DNA of 63,204 nucleotides, filler included, from Asterionella formosa (lineage: Eukaryota): NCBI GenBank assembly GCA_002256025.1. It is 18 parts of 18 records of this genome, joined end to end, with 100 filler letters (N's around TTAATTAATTAA, not from the genome) between each part and the next. Parts side by side here need not be neighbours in the genome. Positions count along the whole stretch, not along the records: positions 10,585 to 14,010 come from NKIB01014163.1; positions 14,111 to 17,535 come from NKIB01014165.1; positions 17,636 to 21,058 come from NKIB01014166.1; positions 21,159 to 24,578 come from NKIB01014167.1; 14 more parts are not named here. One strand, given 5' to 3'. Below are positions 13,005 through 24,000 of this stretch, piece after piece (within the stretch, counting starts at the first letter, position 1; each line of letters opens with the position of its first letter). The translations under genes and the position numbers were made by a program. The notes under the pieces are model-generated. The model searched no databases, was not told the origin of the DNA, and was given only the letters and a program-made list of their open reading frames with translations.

Positions 13005-13916
13005 ATGATGAAAGTGTCCGCTGCCCTTGCTCTACTACTCGCAACAGGTTCATTGGCCTTCCAGACTTGCAATGTTCATCAGATTGCGACAAGATTTGGC
13101 TCTGTCAATCAGCCCACGGCGCTTTCATCTTATCTCAACAGCATCTCAGGGCCACCTAAAGCTAGCGCTCCTGCTCAAGGAGCTGCCTTTGGCGCTGGCT
13201 ATCTCAGTTCTTTGCCTGGGAAGATCCATTCAACTCCTGTTATCGAGGTCAAGCCAGTGGCCCCTGCTGCCCCAGCTGCTAGTGGCTCCACGTTTGGAGC
13301 AAACTATCTCAGCTCCTTGCCAGGAAAGACATTTTCTACCCCTGATTTCACTGCAACGCCTGTCGCCCCAGTCTCGACGTCCACTGGCGGAACTGGATTC
13401 GGCACTGGTTATCTCAGCTCCTTGCCAGGAAAGGTCCACTCGACTCCTGTCGTTGCAGCGAAGCCCGCCGCTCCTGCCACTGGAGCTGGATTTGGCGCTA
13501 GCTATCTGAGCTCGTTGCCAGGCAAGACGTTTTCCACTCCTGTTGTTGCGGCCAAGCCTTCTACCCCTGTAGGTGGTCCTGGTTTTGGAACTAGCTATCT
13601 CAGTTCCTTGCCAGGGAAGACTTTCTCATCGCCTGTGGTTGCAGCCACGGCTGCCGCTGCAGCACCGCCTGCAAAAGGTTCTGCCTTTGGATCTGGTTAC
13701 CTCAGTTCCTTGCCAGGAAAAGTACATTCTATTCCTGTTGTTACAGTCACACCTGCTGCTATTGCTGCTCCTGTCTCTGCTACTAGTGGATCTGTCTTTG
13801 GGTCTAGCTATCTCAATTCCTTGCCAGGTAAGGTCCATTCTACTCCTACCATTATCCCAACGCCTCCCGCTAAAGCTCGTGGTGGTCCATTTGGTAGCTA
13901 CCTCAGTGGATTGTAA
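13005..13916 (+). CDS. Predicted plastid-targeted low-complexity repeat protein (FGxxYLSSLPGK repeats)
   Basis: Signal peptide MMKVSAALALLLATGSLA|FQ followed by a transit-like segment; 7 full and 2 partial YLxx(L/I) repeats separated by Ala/Pro/Thr-rich linkers; intact intronless ORF with synonymous variation between repeats. Confidence 0.85.
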   Translation: MMKVSAALALLLATGSLAFQTCNVHQIATRFGSVNQPTALSSYLNSISGPPKASAPAQGAAFGAGYLSSLPGKIHSTPVIEVKPVAPAAPAASGSTFGANYLSSLPGKTFSTPDFTATPVAPVSTSTGGTGFGTGYLSSLPGKVHSTPVVAAKPAAPATGAGFGASYLSSLPGKTFSTPVVAAKPSTPVGGPGFGTSYLSSLPGKTFSSPVVAATAAAAAPPAKGSAFGSGYLSSLPGKVHSIPVVTVTPAAIAAPVSATSGSVFGSSYLNSLPGKVHSTPTIIPTPPAKARGGPFGSYLSGL

Positions 13917-14110
13917 GTGCACATGATGGCTACACCAACCATTTTCTGATGATTGGGTTCAAAATACCACTTGCTACTACTTTTGTAATCCTTAGTGAAA
14001 AGGGATCGTTNNNNNNNNNNNNNNNNNNNNNNNNNNNNNNNNNNNNNNNNNNNNTTAATTAATTAANNNNNNNNNNNNNNNNNNNNNNNNNNNNNNNNNN
14101 NNNNNNNNNN

Positions 14111-15316
14111 GCACCTCACACAAGCAAAGAGAGACTTACTCACCAAGAAGGCTTTGTACCATCTTCCATTTGCAATTGAGAAGACAGATGTAGTTGGAAT
14201 TGTTGCACATGCTTGGGAAAAAAGTTTTGCGAGATTACGCACAAACAAAAAAGCGGTAGCAGAGCGAGGCTGGGGACCTTTGAACTATAATTGTTTGTTG
14301 AATCCTGAAATACAGCTGACAAAATTTGGTGTTGTCCCATTGAATAGAATCTCACACAGCAACAGAACCTCTATTACACCTGACCAGCTCAACCTGCGAG
14401 AAGGACTTTCAGGAACTCTTACAAATCAAATCGTTGAATACATAAACAGAGAAGATGTGCGAAATGGTAATGATGCAGCAGAACATGCCAGGAAAAGAAA
14501 ACAAACAGCACAAGCAGCAATCGACACACACAAACGAATGACCGCAGGACTGCACTTTGCTGTTGGAAACACTTGTCTAGGACCACCGCTTTTTGAGCAT
14601 ATGCTGGAAATCAAACGCCGGCATGAAATCCAGGAACAAAACAAGGAGCAGAAATTGAATCAACGGTTTTTTGAATTGTCACAGAAGGTACAGGCCATCA
14701 GAGAGACTGGAAAGGAAGCTGGAAGCTACAACGTAGCTGAACTGAAAACAATGGTGACATGGTACAAGCGCAATGGCGATGCGCCGCTTCCAATAACCAG
14801 ACAGAACTTGTTGGCAAGATACTTGGAGACTTGTTGCCGTGGAGAAAAGCATTCTCCATATCCAATTCGGCCTCTTGATGTTGTGCTTGTGGGACGGCAG
14901 GAGCTTAGTAGGGATGAGGGCGATATTGCAGTGGTGTTGATAGGCACAAGCATTTAATGTGGCTCAATGCATTTGTGTGTGATCGTGATATAAATATTGG
15001 ATGCGAAAATTCTTAAAAATAATTTTGCGAAAACCAAACAGGGTAATCCGTGATCATAATGGTGTATAAAATTATTTACAATTATAGATAAAATTTTAAG
15101 TACTGCTGAGACCCATTACCAGCAAATATTGTCCACATAAAATGGTTCGTATCTCAGTACCTCGACCTTCAATGAGAATACCGACTGATCCGCAACCTGC
15201 TGACTCCTTTGGTTAACAAGACCTGGAAGTTTGATTCTCGCAAGGCATGGAATAGGTTTAGTCGAACTAATCAAACGAATAGGAGAACTCAGTGGGTCAC
15301 AGCAGTTCTTTACTGG
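14111..15316 (+). mobile_element. 3' part of pogo-like DNA transposon (transposase C-terminus to 14957, 3' TIR 15291-15316)
   Basis: ORF with AWEKSFAR..NKKAVAERGWGPLN (post-catalytic DDE_1-type segment, recognised by eye); TIR AGTGGGTCACAGCAGTTCTTTACTGG followed by TA. Confidence 0.7.
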
Positions 15317-15554
15317 TACCAGGATAAACGTTGTCCGTTATATTAGATGCATATGATGGCACTTAGGTTGAAGTGGTGACTTCACACAATGAGCAAATTG
15401 CAACATTAAGCAAACCAACTTTAAGCAAAACAGTTCTACATTGCTTAGTTAAGCAAAACCTATGGAAGCAAAACAGATTGGTCTCATTATTTTAGGCTAA
15501 ATCAGCACATTAAAGGTAGATATGCTAACTCACACAATATCCAGAAAAAATTTA

Positions 15555-15926
15555 AAAAATTTAAAAGCACTTATAACACGCTTCCTAAGACCATGGAGTT
15601 ACATGTGGAATTTCATAGCATGGCCTGCCAACCAGTCCTTGTGCTTCCCTAGTTTTATTAGTGTGGGTGAGTACCCCACCATCTTTTGTGAAAGGTGATC
15701 ATCTTAGCCGCAGCATTGGGGGAAACTCCGCCGACTGCCTAGTAGAAAGGCGGCACACTGCTTGTAGAGGGGCAACCCACTTTTCCTTGCACACCAGGCA
15801 AGACTGTGCGGGATGGTGAGGATTGTGGGAGCCAACCCGACAATTGCTTCTCAAGAAAATTGCGGGAATCGAACCACAAAACTTCAAATCAAAGACAACT
15901 TGCCCGACCAACTGAGCCATTCTCCC
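15555..15926 (-). mobile_element. tRNA-headed SINE candidate (or tRNA pseudogene plus body)
   Basis: A-box TGGCTCAGTTGG (15919-15908), B-box GGTTCGATTCC (15875-15865), D-stem GCTC/GGGC, unstructured anticodon arm; ~300-bp body, TTTTAAA-type tail, imperfect TSD (15541-15554 vs 15925-15940). Confidence 0.55.
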
Positions 15927-16560
15927 AGAGAAAATTTTTATGTTTGTGTGTGATGAATGAAACTCCTGAAGCATTTTCACTACCGAAAGTAGTTTGTTTT
16001 TAAAAGTTGCATAATTCGTTTTGGCTGTCCAATGTTTATGAGAAAAGCTAATAGGCAAGTGGGATCATTTTGCTTAAAAACAGAGCCTAATTGATAATCA
16101 GAAACTTCAGTGATGATATGAAAAGGAAGCTTTTTATCAAGATGATAGCTAGCTCATGAATGCAGCAGTAACCATTGCTTTCATAGCATCAAATGATTGT
16201 TGATGAAAAAGCAGCCATAGCGTAGGCCAAAACATGTCAAATCCATGAATGGACCGAAAACATGGGAAGGACAAGGTAACATGTCCCTTTAATAGGTGTC
16301 CACACACACCAAGGAACAAACGGACTTGTTTAAAACTAGTAGGTTGAGTCATCATGTTGATTAATGCCCACACCTGTTTAGACCAATGTTTGAGCCCATG
16401 TGGAGTTTGGAATTTCCTAACCAGTCAGTTTCTTGAGCAGCCCATTCACATTTGGATGGATTAACCGAAAAAGAGTTAGCTTCTTACAACACTCATAATA
16501 TATCCAATGAATGCATTCGATCTGAAACTGTCAAAGAAAAACAATCACCATTATCCATAT
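15927..16560 (-). pseudogene. Degenerate Ty3/gypsy RT-connection/RNase H relic
   Basis: Fragments QVRLFLG.., SFDAMKA.., PISFSH..KTNYATFKNKLLSVVKMLQEF with stops and frameshifts. Confidence 0.65.
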
Positions 16561-17474
16561 AATTTTCCAAATATCTGGTTCATCCAAATTTTGAAATTTT
16601 GTAACACTACTTTTTTGTGCAATTTCAGTAGATGGTTTAGCATCCATGGGTAATTATAAATAGTTGTATAATCCAAATTGAAGTAGAAATAGCACATAAA
16701 TCCTGACTTTCTGCATGTAATGAAAATGTATACTGGTAATACTGCATGGAAATGTCCAAATTGGTAATGAATGCATATCCGTTGCGTTTTGTGAGGATAG
16801 ATTGCTTTTCTCAAGAATGGCTGCCAAGTCGGGAAGTATCTGTTGGTTTTTGGAAGAATGAACAAGAACCACACGAACCTGCAAAATTACGGCAAGTTGC
16901 TCTTGCCTGGGTACCAGGTACCAGTACACCGCATTCAGCATCGATGTGCTCACCACTTCATATGTGCCGTTATCGGTATGTGCATTGTCCTGCTACCGAT
17001 ACATTATAAAAATGAAAAATTCCATTCCGCGTGGAGGCATATCTAAGGAAACAGCAAAGATTGTACCAAGTCCCTGGTACTCCTAGTACCATACCCCGGA
17101 ATTAACGGTCGCACCACTGGTACGATATTGTTGTATCACTGTGACGAGGCAGAATTGAATACAGGTACCCGGTGGACTGGAGTCGTACCAGGTACCAGGT
17201 ACCGTAGCCTTCCACTAAACGCACAAGGCTCAATTTCTAGGTAGGACATGGCAAAGAAACATCAAAAGATGACAACTCTACTGGGTACCAGGTACCAGTA
17301 TCGTACCGTGGTAGGTACCTACCGGTAATACCGGGATAGCACACCATCCTAATCCACATCCGCCGCCATAGCAAGCAACAGTGACAGAAACGTCTTCTTA
17401 TTCGCAACAGGAATTGTGAAAGATCAGCGCGTTGCTTTGGTTGATCAGATTGACGACCGAGCTGTCCATCAATC

Positions 17475-17535
17475 ATGAAGCTCCTTCCTCATTTGTCTCT
17501 CCTCCTCCTCTCACTGTCGGCCACACGGGCCAAGA
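17475..17535 (+). CDS. Possible signal-peptide start of a secreted protein, truncated by contig end
   Basis: MKLLPHLSLLLLSLSATRAK runs to the contig end. Confidence 0.35.
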
Positions 17536-18140
17536 NNNNNNNNNNNNNNNNNNNNNNNNNNNNNNNNNNNNNNNNNNNNTTAATTAATTAANNNNNNNNN
17601 NNNNNNNNNNNNNNNNNNNNNNNNNNNNNNNNNNNTTCTAGAAGTTTGGGCCTGCTGAATTCTATACTTTCCGGTACTTCCATCCAAACCACATTAAGGA
17701 GCAAGCAATCAGTGTCTCAAGGTAAAATAAACAGGAATTAGTCATTGGCTGAGTAGGATATGTGACATGCAATGGACAAATCCGTGACCTGATTCCAATG
17801 GTCTCCGAACAGAAACACTAAGAAATATAGCTATCTGTATACCCCCCGCAGATGTGGAAATTATCAAAGCCATGATGATGATCAAATCTACCTCATGATA
17901 GCTCGCTAGTAGTAAAATTCTGCCTCTGAATCCATTCTGAGGAAAATAGTTTATACTGGAGTACGGGTGGTTCACCAACTACCCTCTGAGGGAAACCAGC
18001 AAATATTCTGACAAATAAATGCAGCTTGACAATAACCAAAGTAAGACGCAAAACAATAACAGATTAGTCTAGTTTCAATTATATGTATTTGAATACCCAA
18101 TGACACTGCGCCCCTGGCACCAGGGAGCAAGGGCACATGA

Positions 18141-21058
18141 TGTTGGAGAAATTATTTTAGGAAAGAAAATCCCGGTATAAATTACCTACTACATATTGAA
18201 TCGAATGAATCAAGAAAGAATATGGTACCAGAGAATTCGAAAACAATCTACGCCAACAGTAAAAAACCCATAATTCTATTAAAACTCTTAGGAACGATTA
18301 CAATCGATCACGGAGACATCGTTGTTCATATCTACAGCCTAATTGGTCCCTGACGTGTCCTTACAGGATACAAGAAAGCATAGAGTGCTTCGGGACGCAA
18401 TTTCAACAGTTTTAATAGAATTAGCCGGCCAGGAAGAGCCGTGATATCACAATCAACAACAAGCGGACAATTGAGAGTCCGGAGACAAGATCTGAGGGTA
18501 CCAGACCATCCAGAGTCTGAAGAAGTCGCACAAGGCGCATCATGAGTGGCAAAGGAAAGTTCACCAAGAAGGCTCAAGCCAAGGGCAAGTTTCAAGCCAA
18601 GGGAGGAGGCAATATTGCTTCTCACTCCATCAAGAAGTCAGTTAATGACTATAACTACTACCTCGGATCAGCAAAGCAGGCATCTGACTATGAGAATACT
18701 ACGGAGTATCTCATAAACTACATCAAGAAAGTATTTGATTATGGCAGCGACATTGGAATCGCGCTTAAGTCATTAGAACCAATCAACACATCGGTATGGA
18801 AGCCAAGAATGCAAGTGAGCATTGCAACAACAGAAGAAGATCGCGCTGCAGAGAATCGACAATATGAGATTGAGTTCAAGGCCAATTATGACACCTACAG
18901 TAAAAGGGTATGAGTCTACGAAAATAATAATACCAAGACATTTGCGTTGCTCTGGGAAAGATGCAACAAAGCCATGAAGAACAAAATTGAGGCGAGATCC
19001 GACTACCATAGGATTGAAAATAACCCAATAACATTGCTTATGGCAATTAAAGAACACGCACTAAATTTTCAAGAAAATCGATATTCAATGTCGATCATTT
19101 TAGATGCGATGAAAACGCTTTTATTAACAAAGCAGAAGGAAGGAGAAAGTCTACAAGACTACACCAAGAGATTTCGTGTGGCACGAGATGTGCTCAAGTC
19201 ACACATGGGAGGACCCATTATCCTCACCAAGTTCATTGCAGCCATGGATGGATACAACAAGACCGACATCAAGCAACAAGATAAATTTTGTGAACAAGCT
19301 TTCAGTCAATTTATGGCATATTTCTATCTCGATAATGCCGACAAGGCCAAATACGGATCAATTATGACTGGGCGGAACACTCAACAGTCACTCGGCAACG
19401 ATCAATACCCGAAGAGCATCACCGAATCAAATAATGTTCTCAGCAACCATCGGTTTGATGTAACAAATAAAGCCAACTACAAGAAACCAGGAGATAATAA
19501 TAAAGAGAGAGAACATAAGGATGCAGGGAAGGAAGACAAAGATGTGAACTTATCGTTTGCACAGTTAGAAGGAAAATGTTACTGCTGCAGAAAAGCAGGT
19601 CACAAATCTCCTTCGTGCCGAGACAAGAATAAACCCAAAGAGGAATGGGCAATTAACAAGGCCCAAAGCCATGCACAGGCACAGGCTAATACATCTGACA
19701 CAAGTACAGTTACCTCTGTTAATTCCAACAACCCGCCATCATCACAAGCTTCACAACAAGCAAATGTCAATCAATTTGGATGGATGGGAGCTCATATGAA
19801 ACTACAATTTTACCAAGCATCTGAGATGCGTGACTGGATACTATTGGATAATCAATCAAGTGTCACAGTCTTTTGCAATCCAAAAATGGTTGAAAATATT
19901 CGAATGTCAACCAACGGAAGCATGCACCTGGCCACAAATGGTGGATCCATGGTCACAAATATGAAGGCTGATCTTCCACAATGGGGAAAAGTATGGTTTA
20001 ATGAAAAGGCAATCACAGACATCTTCAGTTATGCCGAAATGGCAGATAGGTACAGAATTACTTATGACTCTGAGAAAGAAGAAGCATTCATTGTTCATTT
20101 GCCTGACAAAACAGTTCGATTTGAAAGAATTGGGATGAACTTATATGTTTTCAAGCCAACTACAAGAATTAAAGTGGAGAATGCTCAAATGTTAAATACA
20201 CTTGAAGAAAACAAAACATTTTACACTGAACGTCAATTTCAGAGAGCTAAGCGAGCTTGTGATCTATTTCATGCCTTGGGTACACCATCAATTAACGATT
20301 TCAAGGCAATAATTCGTATGAATACGATCAACAATAATCCAGTGACTACCGATGATATCAAAATTGCAGAGAAAATTTTTGGACCTGACATCGGAACACT
20401 AAAAGGCAAGACAACTTGTCGCAAGCCGCTGCCAGTCGTGAACGACTACATCGAGATTCCTAAGGAGCTTATCCAAGCTCAACGTGAAGTGACTCTTTGC
20501 ATGGATGGAATGAAAGTCAATGGACAATCATTTCTCACAACAATTTCTCGAAACATTATGTATAGGACAGCGCAATGGGTCAAGAATCAGACAGCTGAAG
20601 TCTATCGAGATGCTTTGATTCAAGTATTCCGTGTTTATAATACCGGAGGATTTAAAATTACAACAATCCACTGTGACAACGAGTTTCGACCTTTGATGGA
20701 ACAAATTTCCAATGAATTTCAAGTCACTATGAACTACGCAAACCCACAAGAACATGTTCCTGAAGCGGAGCGAAATAATCGAGTGATTAAAGAACGCGTG
20801 CGCGCAGCTTATCATCGATTACCTTTCAAACATTTGCCACGACTGATGATTACAATTCTAGTCACAGAATCTGCAAAGAAATTGAATTTCTTTCCGGCAA
20901 AGAACGGGATATCCCCGTATTACAGTCCTCGTATGATTCTACATCAACGAAACCTGGACTATGCTCGACATTGCCAGTATACATTTGGCACTTATGTCCA
21001 AGCACATGAAGAACCTGTGTTTTCAAACACTAATGCACCTCGCAGCCTAGATTGCATT
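18141..21058 (+). mobile_element. Ty1/copia (diatom CoDi-type) element: putative 5' LTR 18141-18336, gag-protease-integrase 18542-21058 with one in-frame TGA at 18911
   Basis: Zinc knuckle CYCCRKAGHKSPSC, protease WILLDNQSSVTVF, integrase IHCDNEF..QEHVPEAERNNRVIKER; TGTTGG..CTACA candidate LTR followed by a TGGTCCCTGACG PBS-like motif. Confidence 0.9.
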
Positions 21059-21362
21059 NNNNNNNNNNNNNNNNNNNNNNNNNNNNNNNNNNNNNNNNNN
21101 NNTTAATTAATTAANNNNNNNNNNNNNNNNNNNNNNNNNNNNNNNNNNNNNNNNNNNNATACATGAATAAATGAGCGACCCTGCGCGGCTATGTCCGCCA
21201 ATCGCTCTCATTTCTTCACCTCGTCGTTTTGGCGAGGATTCTAGGCTTCTTCTCAGCCAATATGAACAATCACGTATCTTCGAGTCCGGATAGTGCATTA
21301 ACATCTAGAAAGCTTTTTCGCTCATATTTTTACTTCGACTTGAATTGGAGCAGTTCACGAAG

Positions 21363-22177
21363 ATGATGAAGTTCAGTGCCTTAATCGCTTCCCTTCTGTT
21401 GGTGCCTGCAGACGCCCTTGATATCGTTGTGGCGGGGGTCACTTGTGACAAGACCTTGCCTATCTATGCTGATACTTTCACGATGACTTGCAATGGAGCT
21501 AGCAGGTGCACCTTAGGAAACACGGCGACATTCGCTGGAACGCGTGAGTAACATGAGTGGGCACTGTGTGTTTTGAGTCTGATGCCCATGTCAGTTCATT
21601 GTATTTTCTAACCTCTCCTACAGTCGCCTACAACTCAACTGACGCAACCAGTATCGCTAACAATGTCGCGTACATCACTGCGGATCTCAATTTTGTGACA
21701 TGGACTTTTCATTTGTTGGACCAATTTCAGATTGACTTGTGCAATCAGAACTTGGTCGCTAGTGAGAATAATGCTGGAGAATGCCCTGGCGATGGCTCAT
21801 ATTCGTTCAGTATGGACTACGCACTTCCTAATTCCAAAGATGCTTCGACCTGGTTGGCAAGTGGTTGGGGTGGATCTGGAACGATCGCCATGTACTCTAC
21901 AGAGACTGTTAGCGCTGATTCCCTGGTTGGATACTGTACTTTGCCCATGACGACTGCTGTGACTTCTTCTGCCTCGTCTAATTACAATCCTCCTTCTGCT
22001 TCCACCACTACTGGACTCGTTATTGGTGCGATCCTCTTGGCCGCCTTGGCTGGAGTCTATTTGGTCTTTCGCCGCCGTGCTAGTAGTAAGCGCTCAGCCA
22101 CTACTGACGATGGCAAATCATTCTTCGATGATGCCAAAACTCACCTTACATCCAAGGCTGCGAATACTGTTTCGTAA
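21363..22177 (+). CDS. Secreted/type-I membrane protein with Cys-containing (possibly ML/MD-2-like) ectodomain; intron 21544-21623
   Basis: Signal peptide MKFSALIASLLLVPADA; a GT..AG intron joins the two ORFs in frame; TM GLVIGAILLAALAGVYLVF followed by RRR. Confidence 0.8.
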
Positions 22178-22771
22178 CTTTTTGTGTTGGTAGATCATTG
22201 ATTTGGGTGTTGGTTTGGCATTGACAGCTCATCATGGTTTTGTTTCATATGATTCGATAAGAAAATAGTTATTGTATTTTTCAGTACCTTGGTTTAATGT
22301 TTTTCAATTGGAAATAGTTACTGTATTGTGTTGTTCTACAGTGTATGCATTTCCTTTTCCTGTTAGTAGTACCTGGTATCAAATCACCAAATGTTTATAT
22401 AGATCACACAGAAAGTTTCAATGATAATTCATCAATTGAAAAAGCAATTAAGAACTAGCACCATGGACCTTAACTAAAAACTGCTTTAAACCACTAATTT
22501 CAAAACATTCGATTGACTTTACATGACTAAATTTATGTTTTTTCGCTTTGAACCAAAGAACAGGATAATCTGTGTTCATCAATGGATGTAAATTACTTTC
22601 AGGTATGATAAAATTTCATGTACTGCATTGAACCACTGAGAGCGAGTTTTACGTCTAGATGAATATAAATATCTTCTGAACCAGCTGTTCCATTTGATTA
22701 GGAACACGATCACAACATATCGACGCCTTCTGACACGAATCCAACAATATATTTCAGAGAGATGCGATTTA

Positions 22772-22834
22772 AGGTTTAGTCGAACTAGTCAAACGAATGG
22801 GAGAAAACAGTGGGTCAATTCAGTTTTTTACTGG
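22772..22834 (+). mobile_element. Isolated 3' terminus of the pogo-like family, about 200 bp upstream of the acetylglutamate kinase gene
   Basis: AGGTTTAGTCGAACTAGTCAAACGAATGGGAGAAAACAGTGGGTCAATTCAGTTTTTTACTGG|TA closely matches 15254-15316. Confidence 0.75.
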
Positions 22835-23034
22835 TACTGGTACTGGTACCAGACCAGGTAGTATATATGTCATGCATCAAATGTTTTTTCGTTTAAGATC
22901 CAAAACCACTGCATTTTCAGTTTTTTAAATTATTGTACACCTGCTCCTACATATCTTGATGAGCACATCAAGTTCAGCAAAAACCTCTCCCACAATCGAG
23001 CGCTATTCAGAACTTCAATCCTAAGAAAACGGAA

Positions 23035-24000
23035 ATGAAACTGGCTGCTCTCACGCTGATTGCGCTATCATCGCTGCAAGGGGTCTCTTGCTTCGTGCCT
23101 CTGACGCGATCGGCTCCGTTCCTAACCGCGCGCCTTCAACAATCGTTTTCTGATCATGCCTTGACCATCTCGGCTGCTGCCGCTGCGTTGAGAGGTCAGA
23201 CTGTCGTTGTCAAGTATGGAGGAAACGCAATGACTTCGCCCGAGCTTGCGCTTGGCTTCTGCCAAGACGTTGCAGCACTACAGAAACTCGGGATTCGAGT
23301 TGTCGTCGTGCACGGGGGTGGACCACAGATCTCTTCCATGTTGGATAAGGTTGGCGTTGAATCGAGATTCGAAGGAGGATTCAGAGTGTCAACCAAGGAA
23401 GTCGTCGAAGTTGCTGAGATGGTCCTTTGTGGAAGTGTCAATAAGGGCATCTCGTCGGCTATTTGCAGTGCTGGAGGTCGCGCAATTGGCCTCTCGGGCC
23501 GCGATGACTCTCTTTTGCAGTGCTCAAAGCAAATCAACGAGGATGGGTTTGATCTGGGATTTGTTGGAGCGGTGAAGACTGTGAATACCGATCTCTTGAA
23601 TCAGCTCTTAAAAATTGGAATCACGCCAGTTGTCAGCCCCATTGGGACTGGGATTGGAGATGAAGTGAACGTTGCTTTCAATGTTAATGCTGACACCGCA
23701 GCTGGCAGAATCGCCGGTGAGCTCAAAGCTGCTAGGGTTCTCTTCCTCACTGATATTGCTGGAGTTCTTGACAAGGAGAAGAATTTATTGAGGAAACTTA
23801 CTGTCGATCAAATCCAGGGCCTCATTGATGATGGGACAATTACCGGTGGCATGATCCCTAAAGTCCAGTACGCCACAAGCGCTGTTCAACTTGGAGTTGG
23901 CAGCGCGTTCATCACTGATGGCCGTATCCCACATGCATTGTTGAATCAGGTGCTTGGTGATGGTTCGGATGCCGAAGGTGGTACCATTGTTACCTTATGA
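23035..24000 (+). CDS. argB: Acetylglutamate kinase, plastid-targeted
   Basis: VVKYGGNAM, VVVHGGGPQI, NVNADTAA, LTDIAGVL, GGMIPKV, DGRIPHALL; signal peptide plus SC|FVP presequence. Confidence 0.96.
   Translation: MKLAALTLIALSSLQGVSCFVPLTRSAPFLTARLQQSFSDHALTISAAAAALRGQTVVVKYGGNAMTSPELALGFCQDVAALQKLGIRVVVVHGGGPQISSMLDKVGVESRFEGGFRVSTKEVVEVAEMVLCGSVNKGISSAICSAGGRAIGLSGRDDSLLQCSKQINEDGFDLGFVGAVKTVNTDLLNQLLKIGITPVVSPIGTGIGDEVNVAFNVNADTAAGRIAGELKAARVLFLTDIAGVLDKEKNLLRKLTVDQIQGLIDDGTITGGMIPKVQYATSAVQLGVGSAFITDGRIPHALLNQVLGDGSDAEGGTIVTL

Noticed and set aside
15853..15926. Functional tRNA gene
   Set aside because: The anticodon stem does not pair and the acceptor and T stems are imperfect; treated as a SINE head or pseudogene.
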